Shown: positions 22,204-37,230, counted from the first letter of the whole stretch. The stretch: DNA of 63,661 bases, filler included, from Dimorphilus gyrociliatus (GCA_904063045.1; 3 parts of 3 records of this genome joined end to end with filler, not necessarily neighbours in it); one strand, 5' to 3'. Numbers and translations: made by a program. The notes: a model not told the origin generated them from the letters alone.

Positions 22204-24031
22204 TGCATTTGTATCTCCAAATAATATTTTTGCTTTTTCTGTTACAACAATCCAAAATTGGTGGAAACTTTGATCTTGTTGCTTGTAGACGCTTAGGTGA
22301 AAATGTTCCATAAATTTATTGCAAATTGTTGCCGTTTCATTCATTGTGTTCAAGTTTTTTCCGCAATTTTCAAGATTTTCAATGATAGTATTCTTGTTTA
22401 TTTTTCCTGGACCGAATAATTGACGCATAAAATTGTTTATAGATAAATTACGAAGTGATTTTACTGTATGAGCGATAATTGATGAATTTAAAGCGTTTTT
22501 CATTCTAGAAAAATTATATTCAATAATATCGATATCCTCGCGAATTGTTTGAATATAATGTTCAGCATTTGAAATATTTTTATCATATTTTAAGAATAAT
22601 TTGAAAATATTTTCCATACTTTGTAAAAGTAAAGCTGTTTTTGTTGCAAATGGAGAGATAAATTTGAAATTTACATAGAAATTCTTAGTGATTTTCTTTT
22701 CTTTAACTTCTAATATTTCGTGATAATCATTTCTCAATTTTTTCATTCTCTCATAATCTCTATATATTATCTTATCAGCGGCGAATTCCGATATCGCTGA
22801 AAATGAGAGATTAGGTTCGTAAATAATTTGGTCACATGGTACTGAGCAATGACAATCCTTCATAATATTTTCATCAGTTTTTACCTTTTCCAATGATTTT
22901 CTAACGCATCCGTAATTCTCCGACAAAGAACACAAAAGCTTTATTGTGTTGTTATCTGTAGATTCTCTTAATATCGTTATAGCTTCGAATGGAATACAAT
23001 TGCACATGGTCTCAACAATTTTCCAATGGCAATGATCTATGCATTCGGCGTGTGATTTATACTCTGATTTTATACATTCGCTGTAGGGTGCACCTAGATT
23101 ATGAGATTCAATTCGCTTTATTCCAACAAGTGTATGCATTCCAGAGGCAACTGAAAAACCTAAATTGGACATGAGTGGTTTTTTATAATCGTCATGCAGG
23201 AATATCTTAACGCCTGCGTCATTATCGGGTCCGGGCATATAATCGTATTGTTCAATGTTGAATAGGAACGAAAGGGATTTTTTCGTACCAGGTTCGGTAA
23301 CTGTTAAAGCGGTAGGTGGATTGGAGGAAGAAGGTGAATTGAATGTATAGCATATTCCGTATTCGGTTATTGTTGTTGAAATATATTCGGGTTCGCAAGG
23401 TTTTCCCGCCCAATTGCAGTTGAATATGAAATTTGATTGTTTATGTCCAGTATAATTATAAATGTATTGGACGTCTTTGACGTCTTTTGGCAAGTATTTG
23501 TCAAATGAAACGTTATCGTTAGTATCAGTGTTATAGACAATATTGAAATATTCATAGAGACCCAACTCTACAGAACTTTTCATCCTTGAAAAAATGAAAA
23601 AAACAAAAGAGAGAATATAATTCTAGCAAATTTTTTTCAATACTTTCCTCTTCCTTCTCATTCTTGTCTTAAACCTTCCCAAAGTACAAAAAATGAAAGA
23701 GAAAAAACAATTTTCCATACCTAAATTTATTCTGATTGCAAACTGTAACTGTTGGAAATTTCATAGATTTTGAGTAGATTACTTCAACGTTAACTGTCAA
23801 GTCTTTTTTTCCATAGTCTAATCCTCTTTTTATCACTTGATAACCGAATAGGAAAATTGCTCCAAGGATAATAAATATCCAACCAATTCGTCTGAAAGGT
23901 GAAGTTTTCTTAGCAAAAACATTTTTAATGCCGTGAAATGTTGTTTCTTGAGTAAAATTAGACCAAGTTTCTGTACTTTCAGTAATCAGAATTCCAGTTT
24001 TCTTGTCTGCTATTCTATTACCAGATTCCAT
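22204..24031 (-). CDS. DEG/ENaC/ASIC-family cation channel, 3'-truncated by contig end
   Basis: Exon 1 24031-23721 (FTQETTFHGI HG motif, TM1, FPTVTVCNQNKFR). GT-AG intron 23720-23585. Exon 2 23584-22204 (TEYGICYTFN, GVKIFLH, Cys-rich thumb, CSVPC). Confidence 0.92.
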
Positions 24032-25779
24032 AATTTCAACTGATTTTTTTATATAGAGGAAATAAACACATACACACATACTGACCCATCTATAAATAGA
24101 ATGTTACAAATATTATACAAAGTTAATGTGTTTCTGCTTTGCAAAACTGCAAGATATCAATCTAATATATTGATTATTATTCTATTTTTGTTGTTGTTTG
24201 TTAAAATAACAGCTGTGTTAATAGTGTTTTTAATTAATTCATCAAAATATACATTCGGCTATTAGCTACATGTAAAAATTAAATCATTTTTTAACAATAG
24301 AAAAAGTTTCAGACAAAATGAAATTGGTTAGCTACTTCCGGTCCAGAAATTATCCTAGTTTTTAAAGATTAAAAGAAGTCTTCTTTTGTGCATGTATGTG
24401 TCAGGTGGACGCAGAGTGCGTACACAATTCGATTTAGACAAAAAATGCGGGCAAGTGAAACCCTCTGTTTGTTTAACTGTTGTTTTTTTTACAGTTTGGA
24501 GGGTATAAACTTAATTAGAAATTCATTTATGGATGGCAATGGAATTCTTAGATTAAATTGTTTTTCAAAATTTTAATGCATGTATCTTCCTTTGCATTAG
24601 CTATCTTTACAATTCAGTCGAAATTAATAGTATACTTTTTAAATTTATAAAAATATTATTTTTAAATATGACCTTCACCTTCATAATAAAAACAAACTGA
24701 CAAAATGTTATTTTCAGTATATTTATATAGAAAAAAATATATTCAATTTATGGAACAAATGTTTTGAATATTTTTTGAAATGTTTCACATAACAAAAGCT
24801 TTTCTCTTTTGAAGAATTTTTCTCATAACCATTCCCAATGATAAAATATCTTGTTTTTCACTTTCCAATGTTTTAAATTTCATATTTTTCAAATCAATAT
24901 TAAAAGTTTGTTCTCTCTTCTAGAAGATAAAATATAATTTTTAAACGTTTGTTTATTTGCCTATCTCTAAAATTATATTTGTTTAAACTTGTTGCAATCC
25001 AACAGAAAATCTACCCGAGGCGTTAGACCCTTCAATATTGACTGTGGATTGCCAACTAAGTGATTGGTGTTTTTGATTTAGCTAAGCAATTATCCATTAA
25101 ATTCTTACAGTCAATTAACAGCCTACATCTAACTGTAATTTTGGGAATTTGTTGTGTCACCTCCAAACAAAAAAATGGGAGACGGCAGAAAACGTCTATA
25201 GACGTCTCTCAGAAATTTCAAGGTTAGGTTTTGAATTGAAAAGTGCTTAGGAAGAGGAAGGCAGCAACTGGTTTCTACCTATGGGAGTCTTATGTAAGTG
25301 TTAGGAATAATGGAAAAGGCTAGGCACAGCCCAAGAGTTGGTTTAAGCAAAAAATTGTGGACGTTTTCTATCGCATCCAAAAAATTATTAAAAGTAACTA
25401 ACCTCATAAAAAACATCATCTATGTTAAACTCTCCATTCAGTGTAAAATCTTTAGAATGAATGAAATAAATAGCACGGGTAAGTTGTAAACAGCAACAAA
25501 TCCATTTATTAGTGAAATAGAATGATTGTTGAATGTTTAATCTATGAAAGGAAGCTTGTAAATCATTAAACAATAAATAATTTCTCTGTCTTTGTCTAAA
25601 AAGAGAAATAACTGCAAAAAAAATAATAAAAACTTTAATTAGGTCAAGCGTTTATTTAATGTTTTATTTTTATTTTACATTTATTATAATTATCCATTGA
25701 TGTTATTTTAATCAAATCATTTCTTTTATATTTTCATGGGGAAAAATGGATATTATTAGCAAAAAAAAGGAAGAAAAAA

Positions 25780-28700
25780 TTAGTGAATAAAACCTTTTTT
25801 GAATTGAATTTAATTTTATTCTACGTAACGTGGAAAACAATTCTTCAAGGATTAAAATAAGTGGATTAACAATAGAATTTAATGGTAAGATTAATGAGAT
25901 AATTAAACTATAGACATCATTTTTTATTGTTATATCAATTAGTAATGATAATATTCCTTTATAAAGAATAAATGAATTATCATTAAGATAGAAATAGGGG
26001 AAAAGGAAGAAAACTCACTAACCCATTATTGAAAATGGTAGCCAAACAACTAAATTTGAAAATGTTAGGATAAAAATACTAATTTTAACATTCACAAAAG
26101 TTTTATCTAAATTTCTATTTTGTGAAAATTTCTTGGCAGATTTTCTTACAATAAAAATTAAATGAATGTATAGAATTGTAATGAAAATACTAAAAATTGG
26201 TATGATTATTCCAAAGAGAATGAATGATAGAATCCATCCTTCCTTCTTATCACTCCTTATATGAACATTAAAACAGACTGGTGTATGACTGTACACATTC
26301 TAAAACAGAGTGGTATAGTTTTGGTTTGTTTTAAATTGGCTGTAAAATATCTTTCCTACTCGGTTTGCAATTAATGGAACAACTGATATTAATATTGAAA
26401 TTACAGTTGAACAGATTATTGTCTTATTTGAACAGATAATCAAAATAGCATTACTAAATGGATTTGTAATTGCCTGGTGTCTTTCAATTGTCATAATTAC
26501 CATACTAATTGTCGAAATGAGTAATGAAAATGTCATTATTGTCCCTAAAGTTTGACATAGGGGACTATAACGCCAATATTCGTCGTGTTCTAGATAAGTG
26601 CCAAAGAAGTATAGATCAACAATAGCTAAAGTAAGAACATGGACGGATGTTAACAAATCACCAATAACTAAAAGAAGGTGAAAATATTTTGAATTTAAAT
26701 TTTTCTTTGATGCAACAACAAATTTTAAAGAAAATAAATTTCCAATAATTCCTAATATTCCATATAGCCAATAGAGGGCTCTTTTATAATTTGAACTTAT
26801 TAGACTGGAACAGGTGTGGAATATTGCAGAAGACGGTTCGCATCTGATAAATTTACCAAGAAATTTCCAGCAGAAACAGCAAAGTATATAACTATTTCCA
26901 TGGACAATTTTCACTCTGTTCAGACTTTTAATAACATTTGGAAGAAATATTGTTGGTATTTTTGAATTGTTTAAAATAAGAACAAGAATATTAGGGAATT
27001 TTGAAAATGTGTCACTTTCAATCATTTTTATCCGACAATTCATCATTTTAAACAGACGTAGATGAGGATTATATTTAAAATGAATTGAAAGTATTGATTG
27101 AATATTTGTGTTAGAAATATCGAAATATAATAAATTGGAGCTGTTCAATGATTTTAGAAATGATAATGAACTAATCATCATATTCTGTCCAATATATAAA
27201 TATTGTAGAATTAATAATGGCTGGTATAGAAATTTTGTTTTATCCGTTAAACTATTATTGAAAATATTCAAATAGATAAGATTTGGTGTTTTGACATCAA
27301 CGTAATTTAAATATCTAGGATTATTGTTAATCTTTAAATATGTTAGTGATTTTGAATTTGGAATAATTGAAAGTTGAAAATTTCCATCAATAATCAATGT
27401 TTTAATTTCATCTATTCCGCCGTGTCTCTTTATTGGAAATGATTTTAAATCTTTCAATTGTTTTTCTCCTTTACAAATCAGGGTAAAAAAGTTGGTTTGA
27501 TGACAACCGTCTAATTGGACAGTTGGCGGAGAGCATAAAATTTCATCACTTCCCTTTGAACAATCAATGATATCGTTACAAATTTGCTCCCGGACGAGAT
27601 ATTTAGTTTCGCTTTGACATTTAAAAAATCCTTTCATTTGGATGTTTTCTATGATGGAAAAATAAGATTTTTACCATTTTTCTATCTATCTGCAAAACCT
27701 ACCGCAATTTTCTTCATCATCTCCTAGGAAACAGTGATTTATTCCATCGCAAGTAAGCTCCACAGCAATACAATAGTTATCTCTAAAACAAAGATAATAT
27801 CCCGGTGGACATTTTTGAGTTTTGCACAATTCAGTACGAGAGAAAAGATCCGTAAATATCTGTCCTTTTGAATTAGTTTTCACCATACATTTATAGTTTT
27901 GATTTTTAAAGATATTTTTTTGTTTTTCATCCTTTTCACTAAAGCAATCGTATTTTCCATCGCCGACCGTTTCAATCGAAAGACAGTTTTTATTGCATTC
28001 AATCTGACTCTCATTATTACAATCTGTCAGCGATTAAAATAGTTTGCCAAATTTTGCAATTCGGTATTTTGTTTATTACTAGTCTTGTAAAATTCCAAGA
28101 TGGCGTCCTTGTGAAAGCAGTTTTCATCACTTTTATCAAAGCAATGTATTTCGTTATCGCATATCTTATCGGATTTGATACATTGGCGTTTGTCATTGCA
28201 TAGGCTAAATTATTAGAAAAAATTGATTTTAGACGCCTAAAAAACTGAAAAAATATACCTATATCCTTTTGGGCATGTTTCTTTAGTTTCTATGGAAGAT
28301 AAGAAGAATCCGATTACTAATTGATTATGAATTAATCTAGTACAAACTGCAAAAATTTTCATCTAATCCATTTGAGCAATCTTTGACAAAATTACAAACA
28401 AACGCTGCACTAATTGTTTCGTTAAGCCAAAGACAATTGAATTTGTTTTTAGCTATGAAAATCAAAAATTATATATTCTTGAATACAATCAATGAATTGA
28501 ATGATGATCACCCAAATTAGGTAAAATAGGAAGGGAATTTTCGAATGTAATTGCTTCATTAGAGCAATTCTTTTCATCGTCGCCATAGAGACAATCCCAA
28601 TTTCCATCGCAAACATAAGCAATATTAATATATATACCAGTTTTTGCACACAACACAATATTCTCTAAATATTTTGGAATAGGAAAAAAAACAGTGTAAA

Positions 28701-31700
28701 CATCAAAAGAGAAAAAACAAACAAATTGAATGAACAAGGCCTAATTTAAATGCTAAACAAAATATGACAAACACAATGTTTACTATTTCAAGAATTCAAA
28801 ATCACTTTTTTTATTTATAGATATTGAATTTTCCATATTCTCTAATGAAAAATTTGCTGTTTTTAGAGAAAGTTAAAAAAGATGCTTTATAATACTTTAA
28901 AGATCATTGAAAATTTTTTATAAATACTTTGAAATTTTTGACAAACAATCCAAGAAGTGATAATTTTATAACAACTGAAATCCTTTACATAAATGTGAGC
29001 TATTTCCCTTGAAATCTAAATTTTTAAAGAACGGATGAAAGACACACAGAGAGAGGTGAAAGTTATTCATACAAAAAATTCATATTTGTAGCAGAGACTT
29101 GAACATTCGAAAATATTTGAACTATCTGGATTATCGTACTGAAGTAGTTGTTGGTTCATAATTTGTTTATCGCCTTTAGTCTTCAAATAGATTATTAAGT
29201 TATTAAGTAACTAGTAATAAAAACGGATTAATTCTATTTGAATTTGACAAAAAACCGTTATTTTCAAAATTTGAACTTCAGACGCTTTTTTGTCGACCTC
29301 ATTGAATTCTCACCTCGTCATAAATTAATTTAGGTAGATAACCACTAAAACCACTTGCTGTTGTTAATTCTCTATATCCTCTTTTATTCTTTTTTTCTTT
29401 CATGACTTTTGACAAAAATTTCAAAATTAAGCAAGAACAATTGAGGAGAAATGAAAAAAATATCAATTTTCATACTTGAATAACCAATAAGAGTGTTAGT
29501 GATCTCTTCTTCCCTACGTAGGTTGGCTGGAAATTGGAGAAAATTCGAAAGGAAAAGTATCACAAACGATTGATGATAAGTTGGAAAATCCGCCATTGTT
29601 AAATTATATCTTATTTTACAAATTGAATTCATCTCAATAATTGTTTGTGCTTTATCGTTTTTGAATAAGACGTAGCAAACATCGTAAAGTATAAAAGTGT
29701 AGTCGCCATGGCAACCTTTTTTTATATAAAAATAAACAAACTATATGTATAAATAGAAAAAAAATTATCTAAGAATTTACTTATCTTCTCCCTCATTGAG
29801 CATTCAATATTGAATGGTAAAAAGATGCCTTTATTCCTATAAGAAACGTTTGTTTGAATATTTCGATCATTTTTAAGACAATGAATTTTTTTGTCAAAGT
29901 TTTTACTTATGTTTTATAACTTTGCAGTCAGTTAACGTTTTGGCATCGTTTCCGCAAGAGATTGTTTCGTAGCCGGTGCCTTTGTACCGCAAGTTTTTAA
30001 CTGAAATTTGAAAAACAAATAAAATTAACACAATAAAACAAACTACAAATATTGAGCAAACATTTTTGATACATTCCCCCTAGTTTATCAATATAGGATT
30101 TAACAATTGTACCATAATTAAAGCCAAATATTGAGCAGATAAATTGTACTTCCGGAAATTGAAGATATCGAAATGAATGCCATCTATAACCGTCAAATTT
30201 TTCAAAATTACCAATGAAACTTGTATAGTTATGATTAGATTCCGGAAGTAAAACTCCATGACCTTGATGATTTAGTTTATAAGCTGTTTTTTTTTTATAT
30301 TCCGTCATAACGAGTTTGTTCTTAATCAATTATTTAAAATAATTACTATAGTTAGCAAACCTTTCGCATTTTGGTATTAGAATTTGAAGATTTGTTCTTT
30401 TAGCTAGTCTCTTAAGAAGACAAAGAGAACTATTGCAATTCACTCGAAAGGGATTCTACAGGAAGTGATAATTGTTTTTATTTTAAACAAAAGCAATATT
30501 TTCTCTATTCTTACAGTATCAGAGAATTTTTTTGAAAAGCATGAATCTGTTATCAGTAATTTAGATAGTTGATTACATATGTAAAAACAACCGTCTAAAG
30601 GTAAAACTCTCCTGTGAAAGAGAGGAGGAGTAATACCAAATGTTTTGCTTTGAAAAACATACAATTCCTTTAAATAAAGATTATATTTTGTAAAATTAAC
30701 GTTTAAAAAGCGAAAATTATTGATCTTTAAAAGTGAAATTTTAAATTCTAAAAGAGAAAAGAAATCAGTTCTATTTATAGATTGAAGAAAAAAAGAAACC
30801 TCTCATATCCAACTGTGTGCAATTTATGAAATATTTTGAATAGTTAACTTGAAAATTTCCTTGAAATATTTGAATTGAACCATTTTTGAATATGATAGAA
30901 TATTTAGAAGATACTTTAATTTCAATATTTTCTTGTTCCATTTTCATAAATTCACTTCTTTTACAATGATATTTGTTATTTCTATCATAGGAATATAATT
31001 GATAATTTTCATTATTGCCTCTTAAAACAAGTGTGAAAGAACCAATGAAATTCTCTTTAGAGAATATATCTATAATATATTCAAATTTAAATTCAAATTT
31101 ATTTGTTTTTTAATAATTAGAACACCAACACCAAATATTTCTTTTATAACATTTTAAAATTGCTCCAAAATTTGATTGAAAATTTCTAAAATAGCTGTTT
31201 GTTTGTTTGTAGATTTTGAATTTAAGATGTGAAAAAAATTCAAAAGAGAAAATTTTCAATTAAAAAATTGTATACAATAAACAAACAAACAAACATACAA
31301 TATGCATTTTTCAATTGAAATACTTTGTCGAGTTGAAGCAAAATATGAGAATTTGTTCCTTCCTAAATGAAAATGATTGAAATATGAATGAAGTGAATCA
31401 TAACCCATTCTTTTGCAGATTTCATGACCAATTTTAAATGGCAAATATTTAAATTCGTAATATCTAGTAAAATTTTCTTTCGAGTACTGAACCATCAAAA
31501 CACCAACTACGTATTTAGTTGTATTTTCTATAATTTTTAGAGAAAGTTTAGCTGTTTGACATTTTTGCCATCCAATTGCTGATTACAATTGAAAAAAGAT
31601 AAGAAATTATTGATAATATGATATTTAATGTTTTTTTTTTATTACTATGTCTCGGAAATGCTCTACACTGTACAGTAACTAAAATGATTTTCTCGTCTAA

Positions 31701-32859
31701 ATTCGCTACTTTCAAATCGCAATTCACTATTTTTTGATTTTTGAGTCGACAACCTTTGATATAAGGATGAATTCTCTGTTTAAAGAAATAAAAAATGATA
31801 ATTCAAGAAGCTTTACTATTATACTTGTTTACAAACATTTATTATATGTTTGGAAGAAGAACAGGACTTCATTTCGAAATGTTTGTAAGTGAGACTACAA
31901 ACATATTGACAGGCGACCAGGAAACTGGTGTTAAAATGAAATACTGCTGGGAATCTACCATGTAGCTTAGATTGAATATTATACGATGATTTATAAGAAA
32001 AAAACGTTGTTCGCAAGAAATTGTGTTTCTTGACCACTAAATCTAGCAAATTTTTGCTTGTTTGTAATTGAAAAAGCTGAAAGAATAATAAAAAAAGAGG
32101 AAAAAATACCATTGAAATCTCTAAATCTGCAAGATTTTATGTTGGAAAGAGAAGAAGAATTTTGAATAATTTTTGATATACTTTCATCATAATTGATAAA
32201 AATTGAAGCCATTCCTTCAATGTCTTTTTCCAACAAATAGTCAGTTTCTATAATATAAAAGGCAGATTTTTTACACAAAATACTTTTGGATGAGTTATAA
32301 TCGTAAATTGAATAGATTCTATTTCTACTATCCATTAAATATAAATTGTATATATCTGCAACAATGTGTGCAGCAAAAATATCTGATAAGAAAAATAGAA
32401 CAAATCCTATAATTTGTTTAATTGATTGATTGCTAGAATAATTGATTTACATGATACTGAATGTTTAATACAAGACAATCTAAGAGAAAAGCATGTTGTT
32501 TTTCTCCTTTCTATTGTATATGATGTATCATTTCTAAATGCCATAAAGATATTTTTTGTCACTTTCCTATTTTGCCAATGTATTGAATAGAATGAATTGA
32601 ACCCCAAATCAGAGCAAATCGAGTTAGTTGTGGAAACTGGTAAATGTTTGTAGCAAAAATATACTGGTCTCTTAATATTTTTTAATTTTGCCTGTAGAAT
32701 TCCAGTGACGAGTGGATTTTTTGTATTTTTTAAAATCAGCATTAATACAATATCATCATTGTCATCATCATTATTAATATTTTGATCTGCAGGAAAAATG
32801 AAGAGAAACAGCCAAAAGATAAAGTAAAATTTCTCAAAAAATGTAGTAACGATAAGCAT
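25780..32859 (-). CDS. GRL101-like receptor A: signal peptide, degenerate SRCR-like modules, SRCR, CTL-like, ~6 LDLa, LRR, 7TM (multi-exon)
   Basis: Exonic ORFs 32859-32407, 32335-31991, 31498-31256, 30329-29997; LDLa exons 28737-27686; large exon 27637-26300 (LDLa, LRR, TM1-4 with ERH); TM5-6 at 26296-26018; TM7 PLNSIVNPLIL ending at stop 25780-25782. Possible frameshift near 27900. Exon structure not fully resolved. Confidence 0.8.
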
Positions 32860-33348
32860 TTTGACAAATAACTTTAAAGAAAAATCATGATATTTCTTTG
32901 AAATATTTTTTTTATAAGAAATTCAAAACCAATGAATAGAAAATTTATGTTATTAGAATGTTCAATTAATTATGTAGTGGGCATCAGTTTTCATTCCTAT
33001 CTTGTCAACAAATAGATAGCTTTCTAAGTGAGTGATTAAACAATATTGCTCTGTTTTTTCTTGATTGCCAAATGATAGACATGCCGATAAAGTTATTTAT
33101 AAAAAAATATAGACACTGAAAATTTTGATTGGCCAACTTTTAATTAATGCTGGTAATGTTGTAATTAATGGTGTGATCAACTTAAATCTTAAACAAAAAG
33201 GTGATTTTTTAATGTTTCAACATATTTATCTGAAACTATTTTGGCAATATGCCAGAACTCTGGAACAGATATAGTTCTTTGCTTTGTAGCTTTTTCTAGT
33301 AGTTTCAGATTCCAGGCTGTCAGTTTGTCTAGATTGTGAAAAAAGACA

Positions 33349-33826
33349 GTGTCATCTCCAAAGGACATAACTAGTAGATCAAGGAATAGAAGAGATGAAG
33401 ATGATAAGACTTCTAAAAGTAGCATTTGCGTGTGCAGTAAAAGAACTAAAAAGCAGAGATGTCCTGCAAGAATTCACCAACAAGGAAATTCATTTATAAA
33501 GGGAAGCAAAAATACATTCATGGAACAAATCAAAGTTTATCATCCAATGGATTGGTCAATCTTTAGATTATCAATGACAAATAATAGTATGGAAGGATGG
33601 CACAATGGAATGAATAATAAAGTACAATCAAAAGGATCATTCTATTTGTTGATTGATAAATTGAGGCTGATTTGGTTTATATTTATGAAAAACTTCTCTA
33701 TGAGAAGAAGATTATCAAATATCAGCGAAAATAATAAGATGATATAGAGAGGAAAATATTTGAAATTTGGAATAATTATAGACTTGGAATGATATTAGCT
33801 GATGAATTATTAATCCAGACTTCTTA
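33349..33826 (+). mobile_element. MULE transposase remnant
   Basis: CSKRTKKQRCPARIHQ (FLYWCH-like) and MTNNSMEGWHNGMN. Resembles the 55091 element. Abuts the Tc1 at 33829. Confidence 0.65.
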
Positions 33827-33828
33827 TA

Positions 33829-35386
33829 AAGTCAAGGCCTAAAATACCCGGACACTGTAAATTTTGATAGGCCAATTTTGAAAACACCCCAAAAATGGTA
33901 TCTTTGTTTTAAATTGGTTTTTTTGTCTAAATTTCCATGAAGAAAGAGCTATATTTATGTAATACTGAAAAAAAATTATAGAAAATTATCATATTTGTGA
34001 AAATTATTAGCAAAATGTTTTTATTAATTTTCATTGTTTTTTTCTTTATTTGGCCATAAATCCAAATTAACTGTACATCTGGCTTACATCTGGTTTTGGG
34101 TTTAAATAGATGTCTTAAACTTAAATTTTTTTCAACAAAATTAATTTTCCAAGTTAAGTTGATTACTTATTATCTATTTTACCTACTTTAGTTAATTTTT
34201 ATATCATTTATTTCATTATGGCATGGGGTAAAGAGGTTAGGAACCTGGTAATCCAGAAATATAAAGAATTGGAGAAAGTAAGGGAAACTGCAAGGGCTTT
34301 GGGAATGGCATCATCTACAGTTAGTGACATTTTAAGATATAAGCCACCCAAACAAGAGAATAGGGGTCGTCCAAAGAGATTCACAGAAAGAGATGTAGAA
34401 AGAATGAATAGGTTTGTGAAGAGACTTAAAAGAAACAAGGAAAGGGTGACAGCTAGGAAGATTTTAAATGAATAAGAGGTAGATGTAGGCCTGAAGACAA
34501 TTCAGAGAGAGTTGAAATTGCAAAATTTTCAATATAAATGAATTTGACAGAGAGTTGATCTCACAAGCAATGACTGCAAAAGAAGGAAACAGTATTGTTT
34601 ACAAACTATTCGAGATAACTTAGATTGGTCAAGAGTCATATTTACAGATGAGGCAAGATTTTCATTGAGTGGTCCTGACAACTTCAGGACCTGGACAAAT
34701 GACAGGGAAAAAGAGATGAGATTAACTAAAAATATGGGCAGGGGTGGAGTAATGGTTTGGGGACTAATAACCTCGGATGGTGTGTTTTAGGTATGGAGGG
34801 TAAGCAGAAGATTGAATGCCTAAAACTACTCTACTTTTGTGGTTGAAGATGTTCTCCCAGTTATGGAAGAAATCTCAGATAAAATGGGGAGAGATTACAT
34901 CTTCCAGCAAGATAATGCAGGGTGCCATACTGCAAAAGTTACCAGGAGGACAATCAGCATAAACAGCATACATCCAATCAATTGGCCAGCTGAGAGCCCT
35001 GATCTTAGCCCAACAGAAAATGTGTGGCACCTGACTAAAAATTTGGTTTACGATGGGGCACAATTCACATCAGAAGATGAACTATGGGAGAAAATTAAAA
35101 AATGCTCCTACCAACTTATAAACAAAAATCCCGACTTGCTACCAAATCTATACGCTGGAATGGGGGTAGGATCAGTATGTGCATTGAGAAAGAAGGTCAT
35201 TAAATACAAAAGTAGCAAAAATATTAGTCCCCAAACCATTGTCCAGAATAATGTGACTCACGGCCAAATAAGAAAAAAACTTATGAAAATAATCACTGAA
35301 TAAAAATGAAAAAAATTATGTAAAAACCTATTTTAATCTTCAGCCTATCAAAATTTACAGTGTCCGGGTATTTTAGACCTTGACTT
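33829..35386 (+). mobile_element. Tc1 (DD34E) transposon, full length, transposase with stops
   Basis: 44-bp TIRs at 33829-33872 and 35343-35386 (1 mismatch); TA at 33827-33828 and 35387-35388. Transposase from 34218 with HTH, FTDEARF, QQDNAGCH, SPTEN (34-residue spacing); several in-frame stops. Confidence 0.92.
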
Positions 35387-35499
35387 TATTAATCTCCATA
35401 GTTGATGTTATGTATTTTTTTCTTTAGTTAATATATAGTATAATAGCTCTTCAATTGTCTCTTGTCATTTCTTTATAATATTCAAATATTCATAATACA

Positions 35500-35610
35500 T
35501 CTCATATTTTTTTTATTTCCATATAGCAAGAGATTCACCCTCAATGGGTACGATTTGATCTGGGTATGGTTTCATTCGGTCCCATGGTGTACAGGACTGC
35601 CAGCAATTTT
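35500..35610 (-). mobile_element. Possible Ty3/gypsy RNase H fragment
   Basis: Only the short motif PIEGESLAIW. Confidence 0.25.
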
Positions 35611-36143
35611 TTTTTGTTGGAGATTTTAACTTAGTTTGGCCCTCTTTTACTTAATTCAACATTTTTCTCTCTGCTCAATTATTAGTTCTAAATGTTCAAG
35701 AAATTCAGATAACTATTGGGAGATAGAACTTATGTTTTTCAAAAAAATTTAAGAATCATTGAATAATAATTGGTCAGTAGTTTAATTAAATTTCTTGTGT
35801 TTTTAGTTATAAACTAATAAAGTTTTTTATTGTTGATTTAGTAATACAAAATTTTTTTGTTTTTCATTTTGTCCAAAAAAAATATCTTTTTCTACCTCAA
35901 CGGAATAAATGATACAAAAAATGTGCACAAAGTAAATAATCAAATTGAAATGAAACTGTTCAAACAATCAACTTTAATAAGACAGATAGAAGGCAGGTGG
36001 ATATAGATTTAAAAAGACATTCTCTTATAAATCATTACTAGCCATACTAGTGAATGTAATAGAATGGTGTGAGAGACCAAGAGTACCTTAAATACAATTT
36101 TATACGGAATTTTTCGCAATATTATTAAATATAATAATATCCT

Positions 36144-37230
36144 TCATTTTCGTTCTTTAACTATGGAAAGAGAAAAAATCAAGAAAATATCATTTTTTAA
36201 GGTGTAACAGTGACTTACCGCTATTACTGTAGAAGTATCATTCAATTTTGATATATCTCTTCCACAATCAGCTTTATTTCTTTTGCATTGAAAGCATTTT
36301 TCTGGAAAGAAAGAAGAAAAATTTGTTCTCTTTTTAAATTCAAAAATATGATTATTTTGGTTACTAACGTGCTCATTCTCCATTATAATTTTTATGATAA
36401 TATCCAGGTTTACAATCTGAACATACTCTTCCATTAATGCATAGATCACAGTCAGATATTGAACAACTGACACAAACTTCTTTATCATCTTGAAGAGTGT
36501 ATCCAATATTACAGCTCTGGCAATTGGCTTTTCCATTTATTGATTTTTTACTACATGTTGCACAACTTGAAAATGTTGCCTCTGAACAGGAAATACATTG
36601 TCCATTTTTGGTTTGAAGTAAGTATTTATTGGAAATGCATTTAACACATCTTGTTTCTCTGTTAGAGTTGGCTGTACATATTTTGCAATTTGATGGACAA
36701 GGGGTACAAGTACCATCTAATATCTAAGCATAACCAATCATACATTTTGGGCATTCATATCTATTGATATAGGCACATTCTTGACAATTGATTGGACATT
36801 TTCCACATTCTTCAGAATTTAAACGGAATGTTTCAGGACATGATGTACGAATTAATGAATCCTCTCCAGAAAAAGCTTGACAATTTTGACAATTGTCTAC
36901 ATTGCAAGGTTAACATAATCCACTTTTTTCATTCCATAATTTGGCAAACAAGAAGAGCATTCAACATTTTCTCCAACCAATGAACAAGCACTACATCCAG
37001 TAGGACAAGCTTTACAAAGACTATCCCTAGCTTTATAATATCTGATTATGCAAGAGTTACAAAAAAATTTCTTGTTTGTTATGTCAAATGAACAGCCACC
37101 TGAACATTGGGACAATTTTTACATTCTCCATCAGTAAATATTCTTCTCAATATTCAAATATTTCTCTCTTCTTTACCCTATGTGTTGAATTGAGAACATT
37201 TTAAGCAGTTTTTACATGGTCTTTTCAAAG
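36144..37230 (-). pseudogene. Furin-like/VSP-like cysteine-rich repeat gene, disrupted
   Basis: Tandem CxxC-x-CxxC units (CPTGCSAC, CPINCQEC, CPSNCKIC, CSISDCDLC) across frames; in-frame TAG and frameshifts. Confidence 0.65.

Noticed and set aside
25010-25570. GC-richer stretch with palindrome ACGTCTATAGACGT
   Set aside because: No TIRs, TSD, convincing ORF or RNA motif; unclassifiable by eye.
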